Source of the DNA: Verrucomicrobiaceae bacterium | Lineage (GTDB): Bacteria > Verrucomicrobiota > Verrucomicrobiia > Verrucomicrobiales > Akkermansiaceae | NCBI GenBank assembly: GCA_027486655.1 | Contig: JAIXOR010000067.1 | Location: forward strand, 21,280-85,279 | Length of the DNA stretch: 64,000 nucleotides | Direction: 5' to 3' | In this document: in pieces, positions 19,200 through 29,079 of the stretch | Numbering within the stretch: the first letter of the stretch is position 1 | How the letters are laid out: each line of letters begins with the position of its first letter | Translations under genes and position numbers: made by a program | Notes under the pieces: model-generated | Database searches by the model: none | Seen by the model: only the letters and a program-made list of their open reading frames with translations | Told to the model about the DNA's origin: nothing

Positions 19200-20039
19200 T
19201 TAAAATAGTCGTTCAGGAACAGTGATGATGTCATCCGGCTCCAGACGGAACGGAGTGTCACCCCGCGAGGACATTTCCTTCACATCCAGAACGGTGACGC
19301 GCCCCCCACGGTTGACGCTCACCTTCTTCGGATTGGCGAGCTCCGTGAACCCGCCTGCCCTTGCGATGGCGGAAACCAGATCCAATCTTCCATCCACCGG
19401 AAAGGCCACCGGACCCCGATTGCGAACCTCGCCCACAAATGTCACCGTCTTGTTGACGTAGCGGCTCTCGCCCACGATCACCCGGTCACCGGGCCCGAGC
19501 TGGATCCGAACTCCCTTCTCGATCCCGGTAAGCGCGAACTCCGCCGTGGAACCATCCGCACGAACCAGCGAGATTCGCGAGATATCCGCCGTGGCCGACA
19601 CCCCACCCGCGGTCGCAATCGCCGCGGAGATGTCAAGTTTGCCGGACTGAGGAATCTGGATCTGCCCCGGATTGGCTACCGCACCCAATACCGATACAAA
19701 CAGCAATCCATACTCATCCACGGTGAGCGTCACTTTCGGATCCACCAGATAATCGGCCGCATAAAGACTGCGAATGCGCTCGGTCGCGGAACGGATCGGC
19801 AAGCCCCCGATCTTGACCGCACCGATGAGCGGGAAAACCCCTTCGCCGGTCTGAAGGATCCTGGTCTGCACGGAAAGCTCCGGTTCCTCGAATACGGAGA
19901 TTTTCACCACGTCGTTCGCCTTCAGGACATAAGACGAGTCCGGCTCACCCTCAGGCTCGGCAGCCAAAACACGCACGCCTAACAGCAGGAAGCCAATGAG
20001 GAGGAATCTTGCCAAGGGAAATGACGAGTAACGTTGCAT
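19200..20039 (-). CDS. Polysaccharide export protein (Wza/OPX-like, SLBB domains)
   Basis: YVLKANDVVKISVFEEPELS Poly_export motif, two SLBB repeats. Confidence 0.88.
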   Translation of the reverse strand: MQRYSSFPLARFLLIGFLLLGVRVLAAEPEGEPDSSYVLKANDVVKISVFEEPELSVQTRILQTGEGVFPLIGAVKIGGLPIRSATERIRSLYAADYLVDPKVTLTVDEYGLLFVSVLGAVANPGQIQIPQSGKLDISAAIATAGGVSATADISRISLVRADGSTAEFALTGIEKGVRIQLGPGDRVIVGESRYVNKTVTFVGEVRNRGPVAFPVDGRLDLVSAIARAGGFTELANPKKVSVNRGGRVTVLDVKEMSSRGDTPFRLEPDDIITVPERLF

Positions 20040-20045
20040 CGGCGG

Positions 20046-21260
20046 TCAGAAATTGAGGGACAAGGAAAAACCTGCCTGCATCGCGTCCCAATCCCGCGTG
20101 AGATCGTCGCTGCCACTATGCTGCTGGCGTAGAAAGACCAGACCACTCGCCCGGTCAGCCCAAATCGGAAAGGACAGGCTGAGGTCGGCGGTCAGGTAGT
20201 CGACGTCGGAACGCTCGACACCCCCGTCCTCGACAGGATAAGCGGAATGCTCATAGCCAAGGCCGAAAGACGCGCTCATCCGGCGGATCTCCCGGTTGAC
20301 GCCAAGACGGATTCCGGTCGTTTCGCGAAAGCCTCCCGCCAGCGAGCCATCCGCCTCAGCGGCTCGAACGAACGAGGCATTGAAGCTCCAAAGACGATCC
20401 AGTTCATAAACGGCGGCGATGCGCGAGGAAACAAAGTGGTCTCCCCCTCCCGCATCATAGCGGGTGAAATCAAGACCCACGGAGCCATCGATCGACACCT
20501 TCTTGGAAAGCTGGTAGGCGGCGCTCAGAATGGGACCGATGGAGTTCCTGCTCTGCTGAAGGTCCCCGGTGCTGTTCCGGATTGCAATGCCCGGGCCGAA
20601 CCGGAGCAAGGATGAGTAGCGCCACAGCGCAGAGAGCGAGGCCACGTGGTTCTCGGTCTCGCCGAATCCACCATCGGGCACGCTCCAGGACGAGTCCCAC
20701 GACGCCCTTACCGAGGTCTTCGGACTGAGATCATAGGTAGCCTCGAGACCGGCACCATACGATTTCTGGGAAACGGACGCCGCATAATACCGGTTCACAC
20801 CATCCGAATACGAATGCCTAAACCGGGAAACGAGATCCCATCGCCCGCCATCATAGGCAGCCGAGGCCCCCAGCGCGTAACTGCCGCCACTGTAAGAGTC
20901 GCCATCGAGATACTCGTTGTAGCCGGCCTTCGCGTTGAGTTCGGTCCGCCACTTGGAATCATCCCTGCGCCAACCCAGACTCGGCGAGAACGTGAAGGCA
21001 AGACTACCCTCTTCAGGACTCTCGTCGGTCCCTGGGGCCTGACCTGGATTGCTGTCGTAAAACACGCTTGTCAGCGCACCCAACTTCAGCCCGGAAAGCA
21101 ATTCCTCCCCGGGCACACTCGGGTAGGAGGAAAGCAGATCCCCGCACAATGAATTGTCCGCAAGGGGAGCGGAAGGCCGGACCACGGGGTCTTCAGAAGC
21201 GACTGAGAACGTCACCCCAAAACCGAATCCCACCGCCAGACTGAGCACCAATCGCTGCAC
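20046..21260 (-). CDS. Outer-membrane beta-barrel protein of the EPS export locus
   Basis: Alternating amphipathic strands, terminal Phe (LSLNF). Start uncertain: GTG 21260 chosen because the TTG at 21320 lies inside a regulatory palindrome. Confidence 0.75.
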   Translation of the reverse strand: MQRLVLSLAVGFGFGVTFSVASEDPVVRPSAPLADNSLCGDLLSSYPSVPGEELLSGLKLGALTSVFYDSNPGQAPGTDESPEEGSLAFTFSPSLGWRRDDSKWRTELNAKAGYNEYLDGDSYSGGSYALGASAAYDGGRWDLVSRFRHSYSDGVNRYYAASVSQKSYGAGLEATYDLSPKTSVRASWDSSWSVPDGGFGETENHVASLSALWRYSSLLRFGPGIAIRNSTGDLQQSRNSIGPILSAAYQLSKKVSIDGSVGLDFTRYDAGGGDHFVSSRIAAVYELDRLWSFNASFVRAAEADGSLAGGFRETTGIRLGVNREIRRMSASFGLGYEHSAYPVEDGGVERSDVDYLTADLSLSFPIWADRASGLVFLRQQHSGSDDLTRDWDAMQAGFSLSLNF

Positions 21261-21308
21261 GGCTTCATGATTCGAAAGCCCTGCAAACGCACAATCCAAT
21301 TCACGAAT

Positions 21309-21335
21309 TCGATAGTGCAATTATTGCACTATCGA
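21309..21335. promoter_or_regulatory. Perfect 27-bp palindrome containing GTGCAA-N3-TTGCAC
   Basis: TCGATAGTGCAA-TTA-TTGCACTATCGA, 12-bp arms, between the divergent export operon and marR. Confidence 0.8.
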
Positions 21336-21412
21336 CTCACGGAACATCACAGAATCACAAGCGGAATCGTCGTTTATAGTGAGCCACCCACCCTCGCAAA
21401 TCCTGAATATAC

Positions 21413-21427
21413 GTGCAAACTTTGCAC
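21413..21427. promoter_or_regulatory. GTGCAA-N3-TTGCAC site (perfect)
   Basis: gtgcaa act ttgcac, with c/g extension. Confidence 0.8.
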
Positions 21428-21553
21428 GGGAATCGATATGGTTGAGTTTGTTTTGATAATATTTTCCGGTCATCCTCCACCCCGGACGAAGCATACGGAA
21501 GAGGTTCCTTCCCCCGCCGCTAAGACCGCTGAACACAACCCTGACACACCCCA

Positions 21554-22000
21554 ATGAGCACCATCACCAGAAGATCCCCCCAGAAAACCAAGGGACACTC
21601 CACGGAAGACGGGATCGCCGTCAGGCACGACGGCATCTCCTCACTACTCAGCAAGATGGACTTCATCTTCCAGACACTCCGCTCGCGGAGAATCTCGATG
21701 AGCTCCCTCCACGCAGTGACCAATCTCTACGTGAACCGCAAGAACAACCTCAGCCTGAGCGAGCTGGCCGCCAACCTCGGAATCACCACCGCCGCCGTCA
21801 CCAGCGTTGCGGACTCGATGGAAAAGCTCGGCCTCGCCAAGCGAACCGTGAACACCACGGACCGCAGACTCACCCACATCAACCTCACCCACCGCGGCAT
21901 CGCCTTCGCGGAGTGGCTTCATGACACCATCGGCCGGGATTCATCACCCTCCGGCCCTGCGGAAATGACTGTCGACCGCGAGCCGCAGCTCAGCTGCTGA
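21554..22000 (+). CDS. MarR family transcriptional regulator
   Basis: LSLSELAANLGITTAAVTSVADSMEKLGLAKR..DRR winged helix. Confidence 0.85.
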   Translation: MSTITRRSPQKTKGHSTEDGIAVRHDGISSLLSKMDFIFQTLRSRRISMSSLHAVTNLYVNRKNNLSLSELAANLGITTAAVTSVADSMEKLGLAKRTVNTTDRRLTHINLTHRGIAFAEWLHDTIGRDSSPSGPAEMTVDREPQLSC

Positions 22001-22144
22001 TCCGCAACCCCGCGCACAAGCGCCACACCCACACCCCTGGGCCTGCCTCACGCAGGTCCCGACCTTGTTCGCCCTTTTCGGATGCCCGCATCCGTCATCA
22101 CCCATTCGCACCCTTCCACGTCCGGCCCCAGTGTCGCGACCAAG

Positions 22145-22156
22145 GGCGGTAGCTTG
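22145..22156 (+). promoter_or_regulatory. ops-like element GGCGGTAGCTTG
   Basis: Matches the ops consensus GGCGGTAGnnTG, on the sense strand about 50 nt upstream of the first gene of a ~19-kb polysaccharide gene run. Confidence 0.45.
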
Positions 22157-22203
22157 TCCGGGTGCGGAGGGCGGATTTTCACGCGAGAGGCATCCGCATC
22201 TCC

Positions 22204-23241
22204 ATGATCATCCACCAAGCGACATTTTATCTTGATACGCATCCAGGGGCATTTCTCCAGGCCTACGCGCTGCAGCGCGCCCTCAAGGAGGCGGGGCACC
22301 AGCCCGCCCTTGTTCCACACCACTCTGCCGAAGCGGCCCCACCCGGATGGAAGCGCCGGATCGGAGGCTTGCTCACCGGAGAGCGAGTGATCGAAGCCTC
22401 TTATGCCGCCTTCCGTGCCCGCCATCTAATCGAGGTTCAGACCGGCTCCCGATCAGAAGCCCCGGAGGCCATGGTCTGCGGCAGTGACCAGATTTGGAAT
22501 CCCCACCTGATTCCTGAGAACCAGGTGGATCCCTTCTTCCTTCTGCAATCCGCACCGCCCGGGACCCGCAGGATATCATACGCCGCAAGCATGGGTGGAT
22601 GGAAACCGGAATCCTCCGAGGAAGCATCATTTCGCGACGCCCTGCAAGGATTCAGCGCCATTTCGGTGCGGGAGCCTTCCGCCAAATCCTTGATCGAGAG
22701 ACTTCTCAACCGCGAAGTCCATCTGGTGGCCGATCCCACACTGCTACATTCTTCCTACGATGAATTCTGCCAGACACCCGTCGAAAATGGCGGCCATGTC
22801 CTCCTCTACGGACTCCAGTGGTCGGACCTCCTCCGCCAGACCGTGACCGAAGTCGCACGCAGGCATCGCATGCCGGTTACCGCCATGGGAGGCCCACTCC
22901 TTCCTTGGAAAAGGATCGGACGGAGAGTCGATCCCGCCACTCCCGGAGAATGGATCGGAAGAATCCGCCGCGCGGGAATCGTGGTGACCAACTCCTATCA
23001 CGGCCTCATCTTCAGCATCCTGGCTGGCAAGAAGGTCTACGTCCCGCTGCTCACCGCATCGCTCGTCAGGCGCAACGAACGCATGGAACACCTTTGCGCC
23101 ATGCTCGGCATTACGAAACAGGTCATCGTTTCCGATGCCACACGGCTTCCTCATGACGAGATCGACTGGGAAGACGTCCACAGACGCATCGACGGGACGA
23201 AACGCACATCGCTCGATTTCCTTAAACAGGCTCTTTCCTGA
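22204..23241 (+). CDS. Polysaccharide pyruvyl transferase family protein
   Basis: GAFLQAYAL, VCGSDQIWNP, SYAASMG, ISVRE, ADPTLL, TNSYHG motifs. Confidence 0.88.
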   Translation: MIIHQATFYLDTHPGAFLQAYALQRALKEAGHQPALVPHHSAEAAPPGWKRRIGGLLTGERVIEASYAAFRARHLIEVQTGSRSEAPEAMVCGSDQIWNPHLIPENQVDPFFLLQSAPPGTRRISYAASMGGWKPESSEEASFRDALQGFSAISVREPSAKSLIERLLNREVHLVADPTLLHSSYDEFCQTPVENGGHVLLYGLQWSDLLRQTVTEVARRHRMPVTAMGGPLLPWKRIGRRVDPATPGEWIGRIRRAGIVVTNSYHGLIFSILAGKKVYVPLLTASLVRRNERMEHLCAMLGITKQVIVSDATRLPHDEIDWEDVHRRIDGTKRTSLDFLKQALS

Positions 23242-23884
23242 TTCCGAGCATTCAAAACGCCAAACACCACAAGAATCCTCGAAAGCTTAATATCCGACGG
23301 GCATCGACGTGGTTGTTTCGTGTTTTCAGGGTCCCCACGGTTTCAATTGGGCCAATTGACCCAGCGCAAGCAGATCGAGACAGCCATCCGCGGCCCATCG
23401 AATACAAGCCCCCCTTAACTTTACTCGCTTGACCATAACCTTGGAACACAAAGTTTCCGCTGCCTAACATTCTGCAGCCGGCCAACATTTTCATTACATA
23501 CATTTGCATTACAAAGAAAAAAATACTTCGTGAAATCCATATTAAGTAAGCGGATACCTTTCGAGTTTAAAGCCTGCTTATCCCACATGATTTTAGCAAT
23601 TTCATGTCGTTCGCGATAAGACAAACTTAAGCATGATCACAGGGCTAAATCCGCAGTGGTATTGCATATCAGTAAATGTGGGGAAATCACCAGCAAAAAC
23701 AGGCGTGATTACCTTTCCTACTCAGGAGATATCTACACACTTTATCCAACTCGCAAATTGTTTCAACTTATCCGCTAAATCCCTTGAAACTTTGTAAGAG
23801 ATTAAGCACGGGAAGACACTACACACCTACTGCAAAAGCAACTCAATTAAAGCACACACTAGAATCATTTACATCTGTAATATA

Positions 23885-24736
23885 ATGAATATTGTAACGA
23901 GCTTTAGAATTCTTGCAGCAAACCCAAATATGCTGTTTGCTTGTGTGAGATGGTTGATTGCAAAAATTGTCCTTCGCAGACCACCTCGTCTAGCTCTCGA
24001 TACAGGAGCACATCTTGGGGAGTGGCTATCATTTTCTGAATACTGGAGCTTACAAAATGTCGTTCCTGAGGCCGAACGCCTGTGCATACAAAGGTATCTT
24101 GCCGCTGGAGACTTTGGAGATGGAATCGCATTTGACATTGGGGCCAACGTGGGAGCTTTCACGTGTCTGATAGGTTCGTATGGACACAAGGTTCATGCCT
24201 TCGAACCCATCCCAGAGACATTTTGCAGGATGAAGAACAACGTGAAATCCAACGGTTTACTGAGTAGAACTAAATTAAACTGTCTTGCAGTTGGCAAGGA
24301 GCAAGGGTTCGTTACATTTCAAACCGAGGAGTTTGGTGCAGCAACAAACCGATTGATCGGGCCAGAAGACACAAAAATAGACAGCACAAGCAGCACTCAA
24401 ATGGTTGCGGTAACAAGTCTTGATGATTATTGCCGAAGCCAGAACATCGGCAGAATTGATTTTATTAAACTAGATGTCGAGGGGATGGAACCGCACGCGC
24501 TCCAGGGAGCAAGGACGCTACTAAAGGAACAAAGGATCGCTGCAATTCTGATCGAGATATGCCCCAAAAACCTGTATGCTGTTGGCCTCTCACCCTCTGA
24601 TCTTTGGCGTGAATTTGAAGCAAGCGGCTACTTCCCACACGCCCTCATGCGAGATGGAGGCCCCGGCAAGGCCCTGTCGCTTCAAGATATTGAATCGACT
24701 TCACTGGATAATGTTTTGCTTCTTCCGCGCACTTGA
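23885..24736 (+). CDS. FkbM family methyltransferase (AT-rich gene)
   Basis: FDIGANVG, HAFEP, IDFIKLDVEGME motifs. Confidence 0.9.
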   Translation: MNIVTSFRILAANPNMLFACVRWLIAKIVLRRPPRLALDTGAHLGEWLSFSEYWSLQNVVPEAERLCIQRYLAAGDFGDGIAFDIGANVGAFTCLIGSYGHKVHAFEPIPETFCRMKNNVKSNGLLSRTKLNCLAVGKEQGFVTFQTEEFGAATNRLIGPEDTKIDSTSSTQMVAVTSLDDYCRSQNIGRIDFIKLDVEGMEPHALQGARTLLKEQRIAAILIEICPKNLYAVGLSPSDLWREFEASGYFPHALMRDGGPGKALSLQDIESTSLDNVLLLPRT

Positions 24737-24951
24737 TTCATTAATTTTATTATGTTAATTAACAGCTCACACCAAGTTTGTTTTTAAAAATAATCATTAA
24801 GAATGCACTTCTGAATCACTTTACAGCATTAGTATAGATACTAAGTTTTAATAATAAATACACAATTCGAATGCCGTTCGGTGTATTCACCTAATTCAAC
24901 TGGTTGTATTAGCTTTTGAATATGTGATAATAGACCAAAAGCTTTAACAAT

Positions 24952-26481
24952 ATGTCCCAGTTTATTAAAAATTTGATCGCAAACATTGTTTCCCATGTCG
25001 GCATTCTCCTATTGCAGTTGATTTATACGAGAATTCTTTATCAAGATCTCGGACCCGGCATCTATGGTGTCGTGCCGCTTCTCACGGGAATGGTTTTTTA
25101 CCTTGGCCTCATCACTGCCTCGGTGAGCACCTCAGTACGTAGACATCTCACTGTATCGATGGTAATCGGCGATACCGTTCGCTCACGGGTTATCCTTGGC
25201 GTTGCGATCAAAAGCCTGATGCTGCTTTCCGTTCCTCTGCTCCTCACAGGAGCCTTTTGCATCGCCCGCCTGCCTTCCCTGATTGACATTCCCGCAGGCA
25301 CCGCCTCTTCCGCGAGATTCCTCGCAGCCTCCGTCCTCCTCTCCTTTCTCGTCGCACAGATCTCCGTGCCATTTGGAGCGGCCACCTTTGCGAAGAATCG
25401 CCTCGATATCAGAGGCATGATCTCGCTTGCGGAGACCTTTATCCGGGTCGCTGGAGTCTGGCTGCTGTTCCACTTCACGGGACCTTCTCTGGTCTCGGTC
25501 GGCATCTCGCTCTGCGCCTCTTCACTGCTTGCACTGGCAGCCACGATCCTCATCCAGAACCGGATCATCCCCGGTTACATGCCAAAGCTCTTCGGAGCAT
25601 GGGACCGTGAGGTGTTTCTCGAAATGGTAAGAACCGGTGGTTGGATCACGGTGAATCTGGTCGGTGGCATACTCATGCTCGGCATCGATTTGCTGGTGAT
25701 CAACCGGATCCTCGGCGCGACCGAAGCCGGTTACTACGCACCCATTCTGCAACTCGTTTCCGGTTTCCGCGGAATCGGCGGCATCATCGGTTCACTGTTC
25801 GCCCCGACGCTCACTGGACTGCATGCGAAGGGTGATTCATCCGCCACCGAGGCCTATCTCGTGAGCTCGCTCCGCTTCTATGGAATCCTAATGGCAGTGC
25901 CGGTTGGAGTGGCCTGCGGACTCTCAAAGAATCTACTCCATGTCTGGCTCGGGAACAACCACCACACCAGTCCCATGCTCATGGCCGTGATGGTGGGATC
26001 TCTATGCGTGACCCTTTTTGAGCATCCTCTCAATCAAGTGCAGCTAGCAGCAAACCGGGTGAGGTTACCAGCTATTGCCACATTGGCCGCAGGCGCTTTG
26101 AACGCTTTGCTAGCCATTCCGATCTGCCACCTATACGGCACCATGGGCGTCGCGCTGGTCGGTGTGGTTGTCCTTGCGGCAAAAACCCTTCTATTTGCAC
26201 CGTTTTACAATTCGCGAATCCTAGGTAGCCCCCCGGGAGCGCAACTTCGGGGTATCGCTACATCTGTCACAGTGTTTCTGGTTGCCTTCGGGTGGTCCTC
26301 ACTCGCCGCCCGAATCGCAACTCATGCCAATGTTCTCACCCTCGGAGCGGCCGCTGCATTCTCGGGTGCAGCAGCCTATATGACGCTCTATTCAATGGTT
26401 CTCCGAAGCGATGAACGCAAATCGGTTAACAAGATCATCGCTCGTTTCCGATGTCTGATTTTTAACGCCGCCACACCATGA
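24952..26481 (+). CDS. wzx: Oligosaccharide flippase (Wzx)
   Basis: FIKNLIAN start, about 12-14 TM segments, EAGYYA motif, operon position. Confidence 0.85.
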   Translation: MSQFIKNLIANIVSHVGILLLQLIYTRILYQDLGPGIYGVVPLLTGMVFYLGLITASVSTSVRRHLTVSMVIGDTVRSRVILGVAIKSLMLLSVPLLLTGAFCIARLPSLIDIPAGTASSARFLAASVLLSFLVAQISVPFGAATFAKNRLDIRGMISLAETFIRVAGVWLLFHFTGPSLVSVGISLCASSLLALAATILIQNRIIPGYMPKLFGAWDREVFLEMVRTGGWITVNLVGGILMLGIDLLVINRILGATEAGYYAPILQLVSGFRGIGGIIGSLFAPTLTGLHAKGDSSATEAYLVSSLRFYGILMAVPVGVACGLSKNLLHVWLGNNHHTSPMLMAVMVGSLCVTLFEHPLNQVQLAANRVRLPAIATLAAGALNALLAIPICHLYGTMGVALVGVVVLAAKTLLFAPFYNSRILGSPPGAQLRGIATSVTVFLVAFGWSSLAARIATHANVLTLGAAAAFSGAAAYMTLYSMVLRSDERKSVNKIIARFRCLIFNAATP

Positions 26482-27746
26482 TCCCGAACATGTCCCATCC
26501 CAAACTTGAAACGGAAGGTGTTGCCGGACCCCGGGTAGCCTGGGCGGTCCACCGTTTCACTTCGGGTGGGATCGGCCCGGTCTGCCACTATGCGGCAAAG
26601 GAACTTGCGCTGCGTCATGGATGGCGGACCACCGTGGTCGCGCTTCACGAATCTCCCGGAGAATGCGAAACAGACTCCTGCCAACCCCGCATGGTGGCCC
26701 TCGATTTGCCCGAGCACGATACGACACCCTTTCTCGATTGGCTCGAATCCAACCCACAGGACATCGTCATCACCAACGACGTCGAGACCCTGGCGCCCTG
26801 CATGCCTCACTTTCCGAAGGGCACCCTGCATGTGATCCAGGTCCACGACTCGGGCGCACGCTACATCGCAGCAACCGCACGCAACTCCTTCTTTGCGGAC
26901 GGTATCATCTGTGTGGCGGAACATTTCGCAGGCAAGGTCCGTGAGACTTTGAAACACCGGGGGTTCCTCGGCCCGGTCGCCGCCGTGCACAATGGCGCGG
27001 ATTTCCCTGAGATTCCTCCACGCCCGATTCATCAGGATGCGCTGCGCCTGCTTTTCATGGGACGGATGGATCCTCTGGTCAAAGGAACCTTCGATCTCGC
27101 AGAAATCCTCCACGCCTCCATCTCCATGGGAGTGGACTGCAAGCTCGCAATCGCTGGCGGCTTCTGCGATCGGCTGAATTCCCGCTTCAAACGCCTCCAA
27201 CTCAGTGATCGGGTCGAGTGGCTGGGAAGAATCCCCCACGAAAAGTGCTACGAAATCGCCGCTGCATCCGACATCTTCATGATGACGAGCCGCAAGGAGC
27301 CTTTCGGGATGGTCACCATCGAAGCCATGGCGATGGGATGCGTTCCAATTGCATGGGACGTCGACTCGGGAACCCTCGAAATCATCGTTCCCGGTGAATC
27401 CGGTTTGCTCGCACGTGTGGGAAGTCCGAAGAATTTCGCAGCCGCAATTAACAAGCTCGACAAGGATCGCGACCTTCTCCTGTCCATGTCACGTGCCGCG
27501 TCCCTAAGGGCACGTTCGCGTTTCACTGCTGCCCACATGGCCAACGATCTCGAACATTACCTCGGAGGCCTCGGTCCGAGGGAAGGCAGATTGTTTACAC
27601 CGGGAAAACCGGCGGTTGCAAATCTTCCGGGACTCTCCAACCACTCAGGGTCACAAGGAATCAAGGACTTCCTCCGCGGATTGGTCCGCAGACAACTCGA
27701 GGTCAGCCCCAAGGCAGCGGCCTGGGCGTTGAAACACGTTCTCTAA
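26478..27746 (+). CDS. Glycosyltransferase family 4
   Basis: LFMGRMD..KG, SRKEPFGMVTIEAMAMG. Confidence 0.9.
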   Translation: MIPNMSHPKLETEGVAGPRVAWAVHRFTSGGIGPVCHYAAKELALRHGWRTTVVALHESPGECETDSCQPRMVALDLPEHDTTPFLDWLESNPQDIVITNDVETLAPCMPHFPKGTLHVIQVHDSGARYIAATARNSFFADGIICVAEHFAGKVRETLKHRGFLGPVAAVHNGADFPEIPPRPIHQDALRLLFMGRMDPLVKGTFDLAEILHASISMGVDCKLAIAGGFCDRLNSRFKRLQLSDRVEWLGRIPHEKCYEIAAASDIFMMTSRKEPFGMVTIEAMAMGCVPIAWDVDSGTLEIIVPGESGLLARVGSPKNFAAAINKLDKDRDLLLSMSRAASLRARSRFTAAHMANDLEHYLGGLGPREGRLFTPGKPAVANLPGLSNHSGSQGIKDFLRGLVRRQLEVSPKAAAWALKHVL

Positions 27747-27753
27747 CGGCACC

Positions 27754-29079
27754 ATGCCACAGCCCGAAGCATTCCTCTGGATCTGCATCCTTTGCCCGCT
27801 CGTCTCCTATCTGACGTTCAAGGATCCCCTGCATCCGCATTTTGTCTTCACACTCTGCTGGGTCTACCTGCTGCCCCTCGGTCCTGTGGTGAATCCGGAA
27901 CCGGCGGACGATCTGATTTCACTGGCTGGATGCGATGGCAAAACGCTCTCCGGCATCCATGACCTTGCCACACTCTTCATGGTCGCGCTCTTTGTCGCCA
28001 CGTGGATGCTCGCACGCCGTTCCGGCGGGTCCCTGCCCGGCTCGATGAATGGCTCGGACGCGGTCAAGAAGGCACTTTCCGGATTCTCAAAGTGGGTGGC
28101 CCCCACGGGAGCAATCGGGGCTGCCACTCTCATCGTCCAGATACTGCTTCAGATCTCGAAGAGCGCGTGGTCGCCCACACTTTGGTTCAACTTCCTTATA
28201 GGCCCACGCTTCGAACGACCGTGGGCAGGCACTTACATCGGCGGCACGGAGTACATCCAGAGCCTCGTCGGCAACCTCTTCCCGATGTCGGGCGTGCTCC
28301 TTGGTTACGCCTCGATTTTCGGGAGCAGGCGCATGCGCCCGGTGTTTCTCATTCTCTGGCTCTTCCACCTGTTCATGCTGGTCGGCGACGGATCACGGAC
28401 GCCCATGGTCCTTTCCCTTCTTTCCTGGGGCATGTTCTGGTGGATCTCCAAAAACGGGTGGATGAGACTCACGGGGGCCGCAGCCGCAGTGGCTGGAGCA
28501 GTTGCTCTCATCTCGGTGATGTCGCAATTCCGTCAGGAGGGCATCGCCAGAATGGCAGGAGCTCCCAAGGACAGCAAAGTTGAATACCGTCAGGACGACA
28601 ACTACTTCCGTCTCGTCCACGTCATCCTCACCGATCGCGATCAAACCGCCCCTCGTTGGAGTGCCCGGACTTTTGTGGGTGCCGCCGTGGTCAACCCCAT
28701 CCCCCGATACTTCTGGCCGGGAAAACCCCTCATCGAGCAGAACTTCTACGGTGACTGGAAGCTCTTCTACGTGACAATCACCTTTTTGGGCGAATGTGTG
28801 GCCATGTTCGGTGAAACACTGGGCCTCGCCGCAGCCTTCACGATGGCACTCGGACTCCAACAGATCCTTCTGAAAATCTTCCCTGTGGTGCGCCAACCCG
28901 GCGGCGTCATTCTCTATCTGGCCACTGGATTTTACATCTACTCCATCATGCGCTCCATCACCAACGTGGGCATGAACATGATCTTCTTCGCCTCGGTGGT
29001 CGCATTCTACCTCATTCTCAACCGCAAGGTGACCCGAGACAGCCAAGGGTCACGCAGCATCCCCAGCTTACCGCGATGA
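27754..29079 (+). CDS. wzy: Polysaccharide polymerase (Wzy-like)
   Basis: About 10 TM segments, GSRTP motif, large periplasmic loop with NPIPRYFWPGKP. Confidence 0.75.
   Translation: MPQPEAFLWICILCPLVSYLTFKDPLHPHFVFTLCWVYLLPLGPVVNPEPADDLISLAGCDGKTLSGIHDLATLFMVALFVATWMLARRSGGSLPGSMNGSDAVKKALSGFSKWVAPTGAIGAATLIVQILLQISKSAWSPTLWFNFLIGPRFERPWAGTYIGGTEYIQSLVGNLFPMSGVLLGYASIFGSRRMRPVFLILWLFHLFMLVGDGSRTPMVLSLLSWGMFWWISKNGWMRLTGAAAAVAGAVALISVMSQFRQEGIARMAGAPKDSKVEYRQDDNYFRLVHVILTDRDQTAPRWSARTFVGAAVVNPIPRYFWPGKPLIEQNFYGDWKLFYVTITFLGECVAMFGETLGLAAAFTMALGLQQILLKIFPVVRQPGGVILYLATGFYIYSIMRSITNVGMNMIFFASVVAFYLILNRKVTRDSQGSRSIPSLPR

Noticed and set aside
23869-23880. TTACA-TC-TGTAA, matching the BlaI/CopY box, just before fkbM
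   Set aside because: Lies in very AT-rich DNA where it can arise by chance; single copy.
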